From the NCBI GenBank assembly GCA_025458415.1, contig JALOSN010000001.1, positions 1-39,853 of the forward strand: DNA of 39,853 bases, in the 5' to 3' direction. The position numbers and the translations under genes were made by a program. The notes under the pieces were generated by a model. The model had not been told where the DNA came from. It did not search any database and worked only from the letters and a program-made list of their open reading frames with translations. This stretch comes from Hydrogenophaga sp. GTDB taxonomy: Bacteria > Pseudomonadota > Gammaproteobacteria > Burkholderiales > Burkholderiaceae_C. Of the stretch, positions 20,112 to 29,769 are shown piece by piece (positions within the stretch are counted from its first letter, which is position 1; each line of letters begins with the position of its first letter).

Positions 20112-22286
20112 ATGAAAAAAATCCTGATCATCCTAATCTTTGCGCTGATGGTCACTGCTTATTTCGGGCTTGGACTGGACCGGTATCTGACACTCGCCGC
20201 CGTGCAGGAGCGCCTGGGAGACTTCGAGGCCATTCGCACAGCGTCCCCCATCGCCACCGCACTCGGCTTCTTTGCTCTGTACGTGCTGGCCACCGCCTTG
20301 TCCCTTCCTGGCGCGGTAATTCTCACCCTGGCCGCTGGCGCCTTGTTCGGACTGGCCGCCGGCACCCTCATCGTCTCGTTTGCCTCCAGCTTAGGCGCCA
20401 CACTGGCCTTTCTGGCCTCGCGATACCTGTTCCGCGACAGCGTGCAGGCGCGCTTCGGCGACCGACTCAAGGCCATCAACGACGGCATTGCCAAAGACGG
20501 CGCGCTGTACCTGTTCACGCTGCGCCTGATCCCGGTCTTCCCGTTTTTTCTGGTCAACCTGCTCATGGGCCTGACCCCGATTCGCACCGGCACCTACTAC
20601 TGGGTCAGCCAGTTGGGCATGCTTGCGGGCACCCTGGTCTACGTGAACGCCGGAACCCAGCTGGCACAGCTCTCCAGTCTCTCGGGCATTTTGTCGCCGG
20701 GCTTGCTGCTGTCTTTTGTTCTTCTGGGCATCTTCCCCATGGTGGCCAAATCCGTCGTCGGATTCATTCAACGCCGGCGCGTCTACGCCAAGTGGCAGCG
20801 CCCCAAGTCCTTCGATCGCAATCTGGTCGTGATCGGTGGCGGTGCTGCGGGACTGGTCACTTCCTACATCGCTGCGGCCGTCAAGGCCAAGGTCACGCTG
20901 GTTGAGGCGCACAAGATGGGAGGCGACTGCCTGAACTATGGTTGTGTGCCCAGCAAGGCGCTGATCAAGTCGGCCAAGCTCGCTACCCAGATGCGCCGTG
21001 CCGACCACTACGGCCTGGAGGCTGCAACGCCCGCTTTCAGTTTCCGGCAGGTGATGGCGCGGGTCCACCGCGTCATCAGCGAGATCGCGCCACACGACAG
21101 CGTCGAGCGCTATACCGAACTGGGTGTGGAAGTGCTGCAGGGCCGGGCCCGAATTGTGGATCCCTGGACCGTTGAAATCACGCTCAACGACGGCGGCACC
21201 GGGCCGAACGACTCGCCGAAGGTCGTGCGCCTGACCACCCGCAGCATCGTCATTGCTGCTGGTGCCAGGCCGTTTGTTCCGCCTCTGCCCGGACTGGACG
21301 ACGTGGGCTACGTCACCAGCGACACGCTCTGGGATGAGTTCGCAAAGCTCGATGCGCCACCTTCAAGCATGGTGGTGCTGGGCGGCGGTCCCATTGGTTG
21401 CGAACTGGCGCAAAGTTTTGCGCGCCTGGGCTCTCAGGTCACGCAGGTGGAAATGGCCCCGCGCATCATGATCCGGGAAGACCAAGAAGTATCGGACCTT
21501 GCCCGTGATTCGCTGCAACGCGACGGTGTGGCGGTGCTCACCGGACACAAGGCGCTGCGTTGCGAACTCGAAGGGGAACGCAAGTTCATCGTGGTGGAGC
21601 ACCAGGGCCAGGAGCAGCGCATCGAGTTCGACACCTTGCTTTGCGCGGTCGGGCGCGTAGCTCGGTTGCAGGGGTACGGACTGGAAGAACTCGGCATACC
21701 GACCGAGCGCACGGTGGTGGTCAACGAATACCTGGAAACGCTGTACCCCAATATCTTTGCTGCAGGTGATGTGGCCGGGCCATTCCAGTTCACCCACACC
21801 GCAGGTCACCAGGCCTGGTACGCTGCAGTCAATGCCCTGTTCGGCAGCTTCAAGAAGTTCAAGGTCGACTATTCGGTGATCCCCTGGGCGACATTCATCG
21901 AACCAGAAGTCGCGCGCGTGGGACTGAACGAGCAGGAAGCCAGGGAAAAGAACATCCCTTGCGAGGTCACGAAATACGGCATCGACGACCTGGACCGCGC
22001 CATCGCCGACGGGTCTGCACACGGCTTTGTCAAGGTGCTGACCGTGCCGGGCAAGGACCGCATCCTGGGCGTGACCATCGTCGGTGAACACGCGGGTGAC
22101 CTGCTGGCCGAGTTCGTGCTGGCAATGAAGCACGGTCTGGGCCTGAACAAGATCCTGGGCACCATCCACACCTACCCCACCCTGGCCGAGGCGAACAAGT
22201 ACGCGGCAGGTGAATGGAAACGTGCTCATGCGCCCCAGGGTGTGCTGGCCTGGCTGGGCCGCTACCACGCTTGGCGCCGAGGCTGA
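20112..22286 (+). CDS. TVP38/DedA (VTT) membrane domain fused to a pyridine nucleotide-disulfide oxidoreductase
   Basis: LSLPGA..LTLAAGALFG, LRLIPVFPFFLVN; then IGGGAAG, GGDCLNYGCVPSK, GGGPIG.E, HTYPTLAE; no C-terminal CC. Confidence 0.9.
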   Translation: MKKILIILIFALMVTAYFGLGLDRYLTLAAVQERLGDFEAIRTASPIATALGFFALYVLATALSLPGAVILTLAAGALFGLAAGTLIVSFASSLGATLAFLASRYLFRDSVQARFGDRLKAINDGIAKDGALYLFTLRLIPVFPFFLVNLLMGLTPIRTGTYYWVSQLGMLAGTLVYVNAGTQLAQLSSLSGILSPGLLLSFVLLGIFPMVAKSVVGFIQRRRVYAKWQRPKSFDRNLVVIGGGAAGLVTSYIAAAVKAKVTLVEAHKMGGDCLNYGCVPSKALIKSAKLATQMRRADHYGLEAATPAFSFRQVMARVHRVISEIAPHDSVERYTELGVEVLQGRARIVDPWTVEITLNDGGTGPNDSPKVVRLTTRSIVIAAGARPFVPPLPGLDDVGYVTSDTLWDEFAKLDAPPSSMVVLGGGPIGCELAQSFARLGSQVTQVEMAPRIMIREDQEVSDLARDSLQRDGVAVLTGHKALRCELEGERKFIVVEHQGQEQRIEFDTLLCAVGRVARLQGYGLEELGIPTERTVVVNEYLETLYPNIFAAGDVAGPFQFTHTAGHQAWYAAVNALFGSFKKFKVDYSVIPWATFIEPEVARVGLNEQEAREKNIPCEVTKYGIDDLDRAIADGSAHGFVKVLTVPGKDRILGVTIVGEHAGDLLAEFVLAMKHGLGLNKILGTIHTYPTLAEANKYAAGEWKRAHAPQGVLAWLGRYHAWRRG

Positions 22287-22298
22287 CGGAGACACAAC

Positions 22299-23351
22299 AT
22301 GACCAGATCAAACACCCCTCAGGTCTACCTGCAACTGCCCGACGGCCCGGACCGGGACGCTCTACGTGCCGGCTTGCAGGCGATGAAATGCGTTCCAGTG
22401 AACTTGCCACCGCCAGGAGCTGCATATGCGGAATTGCTGCAGCGACTGGCAATGGACACAACCGCAATCGTTTTCCTGGATGTGTCCAACGCGTTGCCCA
22501 AAGTCGTTAACCGGTTCGACCAACTCCTCAAATCCTGGCCGCAAGCCCTCAGAGCGCGAACGGTGCTGACCCGCCTGGCCGCCGGATATGTCAGCTCCGC
22601 TGACCGCGCATGGGTCCAGTCGCTGGGATTTGCCGATCTGGTGGTTTCCTTTATGAACAGCTCCTCGTCGTCGCCCCTTCGAAGAGCGCTCGACCTGGTC
22701 GCAGGCGAGGCTGGTTCGCGCGCGCTGTCTGCAGAAGATCTCGACCGGTATCTGCGCGCAGTACCTGGATCGCAGTCACGCCTCACGCCCCGTTCGCTCA
22801 TCCGTGCCCGCACAGGACTGCAAGCCGAAGCCCTGGCAGACCTGCTCCAGTTCAAGCTGGACATTCGCGACCGAAGCTACCACCTCAGGAAGTACCCTGC
22901 CTGTTTCATCGCTGCGGAGGCCGTTCAGTGGTTGGCGCAACATTTCCAACTCGAACGCGCACAAGTGATTGAGGTCGGTCAGGCGTTGCAAGGCCTGGGG
23001 CTGATGTACCACGTGGCACATGAGCAGGCGTTTGCCGACGAGGCCTACTTTTTCCGCATGAGGGCGCCAGCGCAAATCGCGCAGATCAACACCGCGCAGG
23101 CCTTGCAGGCAGTGAAGGATCGGCTGGTGGTGGTGGATCGAAGCCATCTCGGCAAGAACTACCCAGGTTGCTGGGTAGGCCAGGATGCGGTGGACGTCCT
23201 GTGCGCCAAGCATGCCATCACGCGCCATGAAAGCCAGCTGATCCTGCATCGCCTGATGCAGTTCGGATTTTTTGAGCATGTCACCGGGGAGCATGGCTTC
23301 ATCGATGGGAACTATTTCTACCGCTTCAACGACGGCGCAGGGCTGAACTGA
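22299..23351 (+). CDS. Tandem DEP-domain protein with a degenerate receiver-like N-terminus
   Basis: LDIRDRSYHLRKYPACFIAAEAVQWL...HVAHEQAFADEAYFFR and VVDRSHLGKNYPGCWVGQDAVDVL...EHVTGEHGFIDGNYFYRF match the DEP consensus. Confidence 0.78.
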   Translation: MTRSNTPQVYLQLPDGPDRDALRAGLQAMKCVPVNLPPPGAAYAELLQRLAMDTTAIVFLDVSNALPKVVNRFDQLLKSWPQALRARTVLTRLAAGYVSSADRAWVQSLGFADLVVSFMNSSSSSPLRRALDLVAGEAGSRALSAEDLDRYLRAVPGSQSRLTPRSLIRARTGLQAEALADLLQFKLDIRDRSYHLRKYPACFIAAEAVQWLAQHFQLERAQVIEVGQALQGLGLMYHVAHEQAFADEAYFFRMRAPAQIAQINTAQALQAVKDRLVVVDRSHLGKNYPGCWVGQDAVDVLCAKHAITRHESQLILHRLMQFGFFEHVTGEHGFIDGNYFYRFNDGAGLN

Positions 23352-23363
23352 CCAAAAGCAGGC

Positions 23364-24038
23364 ATGCGTTCTTCCGTCATCGTCCCCATGCTCAATGAGA
23401 CACCGGAATTGCCTCGCCTGCTGCGACGTTTGTCCTTGCTGAAACAGCAGGGCTGTGAGGTGCTGATCGTGGACGGTGGCAGCAACGACGGCTGTAACGA
23501 ACTGGCAAGACAGGCGGGCTTTCAGGTACTGTTTTCGCCATGCGGGCGCGCCCGGCAGATGAACCATGGCGCCGCTCATGCCACGGGCCAAATGCTTCTG
23601 TTCCTGCATGCTGACACCTCATTGCCCGAAGGGGCGATCATCACCATCCGGCGCGCGATCCAGTTGTCAGGCGCTCCCTGGGGCCGATTCGACGTGACCA
23701 TTGACGGGGCTCACCCGATGCTGCGCGTGGTCGCCAAACTGATGAACCTGCGGTCTCGATGGACCGGCATCGCCACCGGTGACCAGGCCATTTTTGTCAC
23801 CCGAAAGGCCTTCACTGCGGTGGGGGGATACCCTGACCAGCCATTGATGGAAGACATTGAACTGTCCAGACGTCTGCTGAAATGCGCCCACCCGGCTTGC
23901 ATTGCCGACACGGTGCAGACCTCGGGGCGCCGGTGGGGGCGCCATGGCATCTGGCGAACCATCCTTCTGATGTGGCGTCTTCGCTGGGCCTATTGGCGCG
24001 GCGCACCTGCCGATCGGCTGGCGCAGCTGTACCAATAG
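23364..24038 (+). CDS. GT2 glycosyltransferase, TIGR04283-type (rSAM/selenodomain- or arsenosugar-associated)
   Basis: SVIVPMLNE, VDGGS.DG, GRARQMN.GA, LLFLHADT, IATGDQAIF, PLMEDIE, TSGRRW. Confidence 0.9.
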   Translation: MRSSVIVPMLNETPELPRLLRRLSLLKQQGCEVLIVDGGSNDGCNELARQAGFQVLFSPCGRARQMNHGAAHATGQMLLFLHADTSLPEGAIITIRRAIQLSGAPWGRFDVTIDGAHPMLRVVAKLMNLRSRWTGIATGDQAIFVTRKAFTAVGGYPDQPLMEDIELSRRLLKCAHPACIADTVQTSGRRWGRHGIWRTILLMWRLRWAYWRGAPADRLAQLYQ

Positions 24039-24045
24039 CACACAC

Positions 24046-24702
24046 ATGACCAACGCTGTTCATATCATCGTCTTCGCCAAAGCCCCCGTTGAAGGTTTCG
24101 CCAAGACACGACTGATCCCGGCACTGGGTGCCAGTGGAGCAGCCCGGCTCGCAGCCTCGATGCTGAGGCATGCGGTGGAGCAGGCACTGGCCAGTGGGAT
24201 CGGCACCGTGGAAGTGTGTGTCACGCCAGCACCGCAAGACCCCATTTGGTCGGGGCTGTTGCCGCACCATCCTTCCGCGTTGAGCGTGAGCGATCAGGGC
24301 CAGGGTGACCTGGGTGAGCGCATGGCGCGCGCTGCAAGGCGCACGCTGGGCGCGGGCCAGCCGGTGTTGTTGATGGGGACCGATTGCCCAGACCTCACGG
24401 CCGAACGGATTCGAGCGGCGGCGAATGGCCTTTGCACCTGTGATGCCGCCCTGGTACCGGCCTTTGACGGTGGCTATGTCTTGCTCGCGATGAACCGCTT
24501 CGACGCCAGCCTGTTTCAGGACATCGCCTGGAGCACGCCCAGTGTGGCCGAGGTGACGCAGTCCCGAATCGAAAGGCTGGGATGGCGCCTGGCCACCTTG
24601 CCAGCGCTGCACGACATTGATGAGCCCGAGGACCTGCGCTGGCTGCCCCTGAGCTGGCTGCCAGCCGCAGAGGCGCAAGGGACGCCCTCTCAGACCGCTT
24701 GA
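24046..24702 (+). CDS. TIGR04282/DUF2064 CofC-like transferase (rSAM/selenodomain- or arsenosugar-associated)
   Basis: IVFAKAP..G.AKTRL, Q..GDLGERM, MGTDCP, PA.DGGYVLL, I.WST, L.DIDEPEDL. Confidence 0.9.
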   Translation: MTNAVHIIVFAKAPVEGFAKTRLIPALGASGAARLAASMLRHAVEQALASGIGTVEVCVTPAPQDPIWSGLLPHHPSALSVSDQGQGDLGERMARAARRTLGAGQPVLLMGTDCPDLTAERIRAAANGLCTCDAALVPAFDGGYVLLAMNRFDASLFQDIAWSTPSVAEVTQSRIERLGWRLATLPALHDIDEPEDLRWLPLSWLPAAEAQGTPSQTA

Positions 24703-24712
24703 GCCTGGGTGA

Positions 24713-25165
24713 TCAGGGGGCGGTCGCCGCGCTTGCGATGCCTTCAAGTGCCTTGCTCAGATTCTCCACCACGGGGCACTGGGCCGCACCATGGCGCTGG
24801 GCAAGGTAGGCCGGATCGTTGTAGCCAATCCAGACCTGTGCTGCTGCGTCTTCCCACACCAGCGCCTTCAGCGGCAGGTCGACGCCGACCGACTGCGCGC
24901 ACTCCATGAAAGGCGTTCCGCCTTGCGGGTTGCCGAAAATGAGCACTTCGGTCGGCCGGAGGGTCTTGCCCACCTTGGTGGCACCGGCGGCATGGTCTAT
25001 GCGCGCGAACACGTTCAGACCGCGTTGTTTCACGATGTCCTCCAGGCGGTCCATGGTGGCCTTTGCACCGTGGGGGCTCTTGACGGCGATCAGGCCGTCG
25101 GCGGCACTGGCCAGGCCGACTGCGGCGGAAAGAACGAGTGCAACGAGCGTACGAAAAATTCGCAT
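24713..25165 (-). CDS. DUF302 domain periplasmic protein
   Basis: Signal peptide; VFARIDHAAGA, LIFGNPQGGTPFM, DLPLKALVWED. Confidence 0.88.
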   Translation of the reverse strand: MRIFRTLVALVLSAAVGLASAADGLIAVKSPHGAKATMDRLEDIVKQRGLNVFARIDHAAGATKVGKTLRPTEVLIFGNPQGGTPFMECAQSVGVDLPLKALVWEDAAAQVWIGYNDPAYLAQRHGAAQCPVVENLSKALEGIASAATAP

Positions 25166-25272
25166 AGGGGTCTCCTTGGTGTGGGGGTAGTGCAGGTCTG
25201 GCTACTTCGAGGGTGCGACACAGGCGTGATCCGAAAGTTCTGCGGTGTCGCGGAACTGCATTCAAGACCGGA

Positions 25273-26118
25273 TCACAACCGCAGTTGGGAAACCCAGGCC
25301 TTCTGAGCCTCGGACATCGCTTCGTCGGGCGTGAGCAGCGCCCCGGAGAGTGCCGTGCGGATCGAGGTCTCGGGCACCGGGAGCGCGCCCGACACCAGCG
25401 CGTCCAGCAGTCGGCGCGCCTTGGCCAGGCTCTGGCCGTAGAGCTCGAACACGGCGGACACGCTGACATGTTGCGCGGGGTCGTCGAGCCAGCAGTCGTA
25501 GTCGGTCACCAGCCCCACGGTGGCATAGGCCATCTGGGCCTCACGGGCCAAAAACACCTCGGGCGCGTTGGTCATGCCTACCAGGTGGCAACCCATCTGG
25601 CGCAGCAGATGGCTCTCGGCCTGCGTGCCCAGGCGCGGGCCGTCCACGCAGGCGTAGGTCAGACCCCTGTGTACCGACAACCCGGCCCGTTCAGCGGCCG
25701 CCACGACCGAATCGACCAGCGCACCGCTCACCGGCATGGCGGTAGAGACAAGCGCCGCAACACCGCCGCCGAAGAATGTTCGCTCCCGCGCAGCCCGCGT
25801 CCAGTCGATGTATTGCTCCGGCATGGCCAGGTCGCCGGGTGCAACTTCCATGGCCAGGCTGCCCACCGCTGAAAACCCCAGCATCATGGTGGCGCCAGCG
25901 CGCTTGAGCGCATACACGTTGGCGCGGTAGTTCACCTCGTGCGGCAGCAGCCGGTGTCCTGCCCCGTGTCGTGCCAGAAACAGTAGCGTTTGACCGTGCA
26001 GTGTGCCGCGCAACACCTCGCCTGATGGTGCTCCAAACGGAGTGTCACCGCCCAGGCGTTCGTGGATGTCGAGGCCGTCGAGTTCGTAAAGGCCGGTGCC
26101 TCCGATGATGGCGAGCAT
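25273..26118 (-). CDS. mtnP: MTAP-family purine nucleoside phosphorylase
   Basis: AIIGGTGLY, TPFGAPS, FLARHG..H.L.P..VNYRAN, SAVGSL, GPR..T.AE, VGMT..PE..LAREA, VTDYDCW. Confidence 0.9.
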   Translation of the reverse strand: MLAIIGGTGLYELDGLDIHERLGGDTPFGAPSGEVLRGTLHGQTLLFLARHGAGHRLLPHEVNYRANVYALKRAGATMMLGFSAVGSLAMEVAPGDLAMPEQYIDWTRAARERTFFGGGVAALVSTAMPVSGALVDSVVAAAERAGLSVHRGLTYACVDGPRLGTQAESHLLRQMGCHLVGMTNAPEVFLAREAQMAYATVGLVTDYDCWLDDPAQHVSVSAVFELYGQSLAKARRLLDALVSGALPVPETSIRTALSGALLTPDEAMSEAQKAWVSQLRL

Positions 26119-26121
26119 GGT

Positions 26122-27141
26122 TCAGTTCTCCTCTTGGCGCACGGCATCCTGCAGTTGGTAGGCCGGGCCGTGCTGGATGCGGTTGAAGTACGAGGCGTGG
26201 GCATCGCTGCCCTCGGGCCACAGTTGTTGAAACTGTGTTTGCCAGGCGGTGGTGTCGGTCTCGATGGCGATGGCGTCGATGTGAACCCCGCACTCGAACA
26301 CGCCGAAGCGGCGCTCGGGACCAGTAAACGGCGTGCGGGCGATTCTGGTGATCAGCCCCGCCGCATCGCCCTGAAAGTTGGGCATGCCAGCGGCGCCATT
26401 GTTGAACACCCAGCGTGCGTGGTCTTGCTTTGAAGCTAGGCGCTGGAACACGGGCAGACAGGTGTGCGTGCTGGCAAAGGCGTGCACGTCAGCCTCGTCG
26501 AACCAGCGTTTCACGGCCTCGCGGTGGGCGGCGTCGCGCAGGTGCTCCTGTGCAAAGCCCCAGCCGGCCAGCGACTGCGCGTCGCCATGCACCACGCCCA
26601 GGCGCAGTGGGCCGACATCGGCGCGCAGCCACATCGGCAAGGACCGGAGTTCGTGCTGCTGATCAGGTGTGACGCATCTGCGCAGCGCTTTGTGAATGCG
26701 GTTCGAGCGTTCGACCACCTGGTCTCCCACCCAGTCGGGGTAGGCGCAACCGCAGCCGGCATCGGCGTCTGCATTCTCGTCGGCCAGCTCGGTCTCCACA
26801 TTGCCACGCAAGGCATCAAAGCGCATCACCGATTGCTGGATGCGGGTGAACACGGCGGGATCAGCGTCAAACCAATGAAAGTCGCCGTTGAAGACCATGC
26901 GAGCGCGCCCGCGTTCGCGCACAAACAACTCGACCACGCGCTCCAGTGCAGCCTCGTTGCCGTAAAGGCCGCCCACCACATAAAGCACATCAAGGGCCGA
27001 CAAGTGCTCTGGTGCCTTGCTGGCGAACACCGATGGCGCATAGCGGTAGTGCAACGGGCAGCTTCTGCCTGCGACAGCGGCCATCGTGTCACGGTTCATT
27101 GGATCCTCTGTGCTTGGCGGGGGAATCACTTCCAGCGTCAT
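26122..27141 (-). CDS. Atypical calcineurin-like metallophosphoesterase-fold protein
   Basis: Motif order VVGGLYGN, FNGDFH, LRGNVE, VHGD, STHTC follows the metallophosphoesterase pattern with substitutions; alternative start 27099. Confidence 0.7.
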   Translation of the reverse strand: MTLEVIPPPSTEDPMNRDTMAAVAGRSCPLHYRYAPSVFASKAPEHLSALDVLYVVGGLYGNEAALERVVELFVRERGRARMVFNGDFHWFDADPAVFTRIQQSVMRFDALRGNVETELADENADADAGCGCAYPDWVGDQVVERSNRIHKALRRCVTPDQQHELRSLPMWLRADVGPLRLGVVHGDAQSLAGWGFAQEHLRDAAHREAVKRWFDEADVHAFASTHTCLPVFQRLASKQDHARWVFNNGAAGMPNFQGDAAGLITRIARTPFTGPERRFGVFECGVHIDAIAIETDTTAWQTQFQQLWPEGSDAHASYFNRIQHGPAYQLQDAVRQEEN

Positions 27142-27167
27142 GATCGATTTCCTTGTCAGCCTGGCTG

Positions 27168-28013
27168 TCAGGCTGTGGCGCCCAAAGGCCGGCGACTTGA
27201 CGTCCCCAGAGGCTGTGGTGGCGAATGGTGAGAGAGAACTTCGAGGGGCGAGCGATTGCCTGGAACACCAGATTCGTAGAGCGCCTCAAGCCGGGCGGGA
27301 TCCACGTCGGCGGTGGGCAGATCGAAGACCAGCGCGCCGTCGCGCAGGCCGATCACCCGGTCGGCCAGCAGCGGCAGCAGCGCGGGCTGGTGAACCACGG
27401 TGATTTGTGTGGCGCCGCGGGCCACGCTGCCCAGCCAGCGGCAGGCATCGGCGGCGGCGGCCGGGTCCAGATTGGCCGTGGGTTCGTCGGCCAGGATCAG
27501 GCGTGGGCGCTGCAGGTACAAACGCGCGATGCTGAGCTTCTGTCGCTCACCGCCAGAAAGCCGGTCGGTTCGGTTGTCGCCTCTGCCCTGCAGCCCGACC
27601 AGGGCAAGCGCCTCGTTGGCCTCTGCCACCAGCGCTGCCGGGTACAGGCGGCTCCAGCTGCGCCAGCCGCTCAGGCGCCCCAGGGCGCCGATCAGCGCGT
27701 TCTCGCGCGCGCTCAAACGCGAAACCATGTGCAGACCCTGCATGACCTGGCCCACCTCACTTCGCCAGGCGCGCAGCGCGGCGTTGGACACCGGCTCCTG
27801 CAGACGCCGCCCCAGCACGCTGACTGTACCTTCGGTGGGCACCAGCAGGCCTCCGAGCACCCGCAGAAGGGTCGATTTGCCCGCACCGTTGTGCCCGACA
27901 ATGGCCACCCGCTCGCCGGCGCCAATGTGCAGTTCGTCCAGTCGCAGCAAGGTCCGCGCACCAGCTTTCACGGCCAGATTGCGGATGTGAATGACGTGCT
28001 TTTCTGAGCTCAC
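27168..28013 (-). CDS. phnC: PhnC-like ABC transporter ATP-binding protein
   Basis: GHNGAGKSTLL, ENALIGALGR, LSGGERQ, ILADEPTANLDP; GTG start at 28013 overlaps the permease stop. Confidence 0.88.
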   Translation of the reverse strand: MSSEKHVIHIRNLAVKAGARTLLRLDELHIGAGERVAIVGHNGAGKSTLLRVLGGLLVPTEGTVSVLGRRLQEPVSNAALRAWRSEVGQVMQGLHMVSRLSARENALIGALGRLSGWRSWSRLYPAALVAEANEALALVGLQGRGDNRTDRLSGGERQKLSIARLYLQRPRLILADEPTANLDPAAAADACRWLGSVARGATQITVVHQPALLPLLADRVIGLRDGALVFDLPTADVDPARLEALYESGVPGNRSPLEVLSHHSPPQPLGTSSRRPLGATA

Positions 28014-28906
28014 AGCAATGCCTGACGGATGCGCCTTGACAAGGCGTCGAACACCACCACCAGCGCAATGACGACCAGCAGAATGGTGGCCAGGCGGCTC
28101 CACTGGAACAGGCTCACCGCCTCCGAGATCAACAGACCCAGACCACCAGCGCCAATCAGGCCCAGAATGGTCGAATCGCGTATGTTGAACTCCCAGATGT
28201 AGAGGTGGTTCGACACGAACTGGGGCAGCACAGCCGGCCACACGGCGTTGAAGAACACCTGCGTGCGCGATGCCCCAGTGGCCTGTACGGCATGGATGGC
28301 TCCCATGTCCAGCGACTCGACCGACTCGGCGTACAGCTTGCCGTAGGTGCCCATGGAGTGCAGCGCAATCGCCAGGATGCCGGCGGTTGGCCCCAGGCCC
28401 ACGATGCCGACCAACACCAGTCCGAACACCAGGGTGTGGATGGCGCGCAGCACGTCCAGCAGGCCTTTGCTTCCCCAGGCCAGCCAGCGCGGCGCGCCTA
28501 GGTTGCGTGCACTGAGCAGGCCCACTGGCAAGGCCAGCAAGGCGCCCAGCAGCGATCCCAGGGTAGCGATCTGAAACGTGACCCAGGTGGCGCGCCCCAG
28601 CGCCGCCAGAAAATCAGCCTCCACCACGCGGCGGTTCTCCACGCGCAGCAAGGTGCCGTCGTCGCTGCGGTATTCCAGCCGTTCAGAGCCGAACCACAGG
28701 TCCAGAAAGCTTGGGTACGCAAACTCACCGACCGACTTGATCAGGTTGGCCACGGGGTTGCGGCCCATCGACAGCTCGCCCGCCGCCCAGAGGCTTCCCA
28801 GGCAAACCGCTATGAGCAGCGCATAAGCCAGCACCAGCAGCGCGAAGCGCGCCCTGCCCGACCAATGCCATGGCCAGATCGCCGGCTGGACCTGCAACAC
28901 GCTCAC
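28010..28906 (-). CDS. phnE: PhnE/PtxC-like ABC permease
   Basis: GLGPTAGILAIALH..G..GKLYAE..E, WE.NIR.STILGLIGAGGLG. Confidence 0.88.
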   Translation of the reverse strand: MSVLQVQPAIWPWHWSGRARFALLVLAYALLIAVCLGSLWAAGELSMGRNPVANLIKSVGEFAYPSFLDLWFGSERLEYRSDDGTLLRVENRRVVEADFLAALGRATWVTFQIATLGSLLGALLALPVGLLSARNLGAPRWLAWGSKGLLDVLRAIHTLVFGLVLVGIVGLGPTAGILAIALHSMGTYGKLYAESVESLDMGAIHAVQATGASRTQVFFNAVWPAVLPQFVSNHLYIWEFNIRDSTILGLIGAGGLGLLISEAVSLFQWSRLATILLVVIALVVVFDALSRRIRQALL

Positions 28907-29769
28907 TTGGGTTGCAGGGTGCCAGTGGCCAAGCCCGCGTCCCGGATCGGTTTGTAGGCCCGGTTGTCGCTGTTGACGAAGCCGGTGTAGCTCGGTGGCA
29001 GCAGCTTGGACTGCGTCTTGAGCAAGGGGCCCACCTCGGCCAGCGCGGTTTGCAGGCGCGCGACGAAGGCTTTGTCGTTGTAGAGCGCCTCACTCACAGC
29101 AAAGGCGTCGTTGGGCAGGGGGTCGGACTGCCAGATGATCTTTGAGCGCTCGGCCTTGATCAGACCCTGCGCGATCATGGCGTCGCGGTTGCGGTTGTAG
29201 TCGGCGCCAGCGTCGATCTGTCCGGCGGTGACCTGGGTCTGGATTGCCTGGTGCTTGGTGTGCAGCACCCGCAAAAAATGTTTCGCCGGATCAATGCCCT
29301 GCTTCATGAAGAAATGCAGCGGAATCAGGTAGCCGGAGGTGGAACCCTTGTCGCCGAAGGCGAAGGTACGGCCCTTCAGGTCTGCCACCGACTCAATGCC
29401 CGAGTCCGGGTGCGTGATGATCATGGCGAAGTACTCAGGCTTGCCCTCGTACAGAATGGTCGAGACTACCTGCGCATCGGCCGCCTGGTTGGCCAGCACA
29501 TAGCCCCAGGGACCCATCAGGGCCATATCTGTCTCGCCGTTGGCCAGCGACTTGGCCAGCCCTTCCCAGCTGTCGACCGTGCGCAACTCCACCGGTCGGC
29601 CCAGCCGCTCGGACAGGTGCTGGGCCAGCGGCCGGTAGGTGGCATCGTTGCGCTCGCGATCCGGCTGGAACATGCCCACACCAAACTTCAGCGGCGTGGT
29701 CTGCGCCTGTGCGGAAAACGCTGCAAGCAGCAGGAACAGGCTGGCAAGCCAGCGGGTGAAAAGGGTCAT
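28903..29769 (-). CDS. phnD: PhnD/PtxB-like ABC substrate-binding protein
   Basis: Signal peptide from ATG 29769 (AGGAGA RBS); DLKGRTFAFGDKGSTSGYLIP, HQA, PLPND. Confidence 0.88.
   Translation of the reverse strand: MTLFTRWLASLFLLLAAFSAQAQTTPLKFGVGMFQPDRERNDATYRPLAQHLSERLGRPVELRTVDSWEGLAKSLANGETDMALMGPWGYVLANQAADAQVVSTILYEGKPEYFAMIITHPDSGIESVADLKGRTFAFGDKGSTSGYLIPLHFFMKQGIDPAKHFLRVLHTKHQAIQTQVTAGQIDAGADYNRNRDAMIAQGLIKAERSKIIWQSDPLPNDAFAVSEALYNDKAFVARLQTALAEVGPLLKTQSKLLPPSYTGFVNSDNRAYKPIRDAGLATGTLQPK

Noticed and set aside
20112-22286. Second merA or true dihydrolipoamide dehydrogenase
   Set aside because: No C-terminal Cys-Cys, fused to a DedA domain, and no 2-oxoacid dehydrogenase genes nearby
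25206-25231. GATCAC-N16-CGAA upstream of DUF302 as a ninth ECF promoter
   Set aside because: The -35 box deviates at several positions; plausible but not counted
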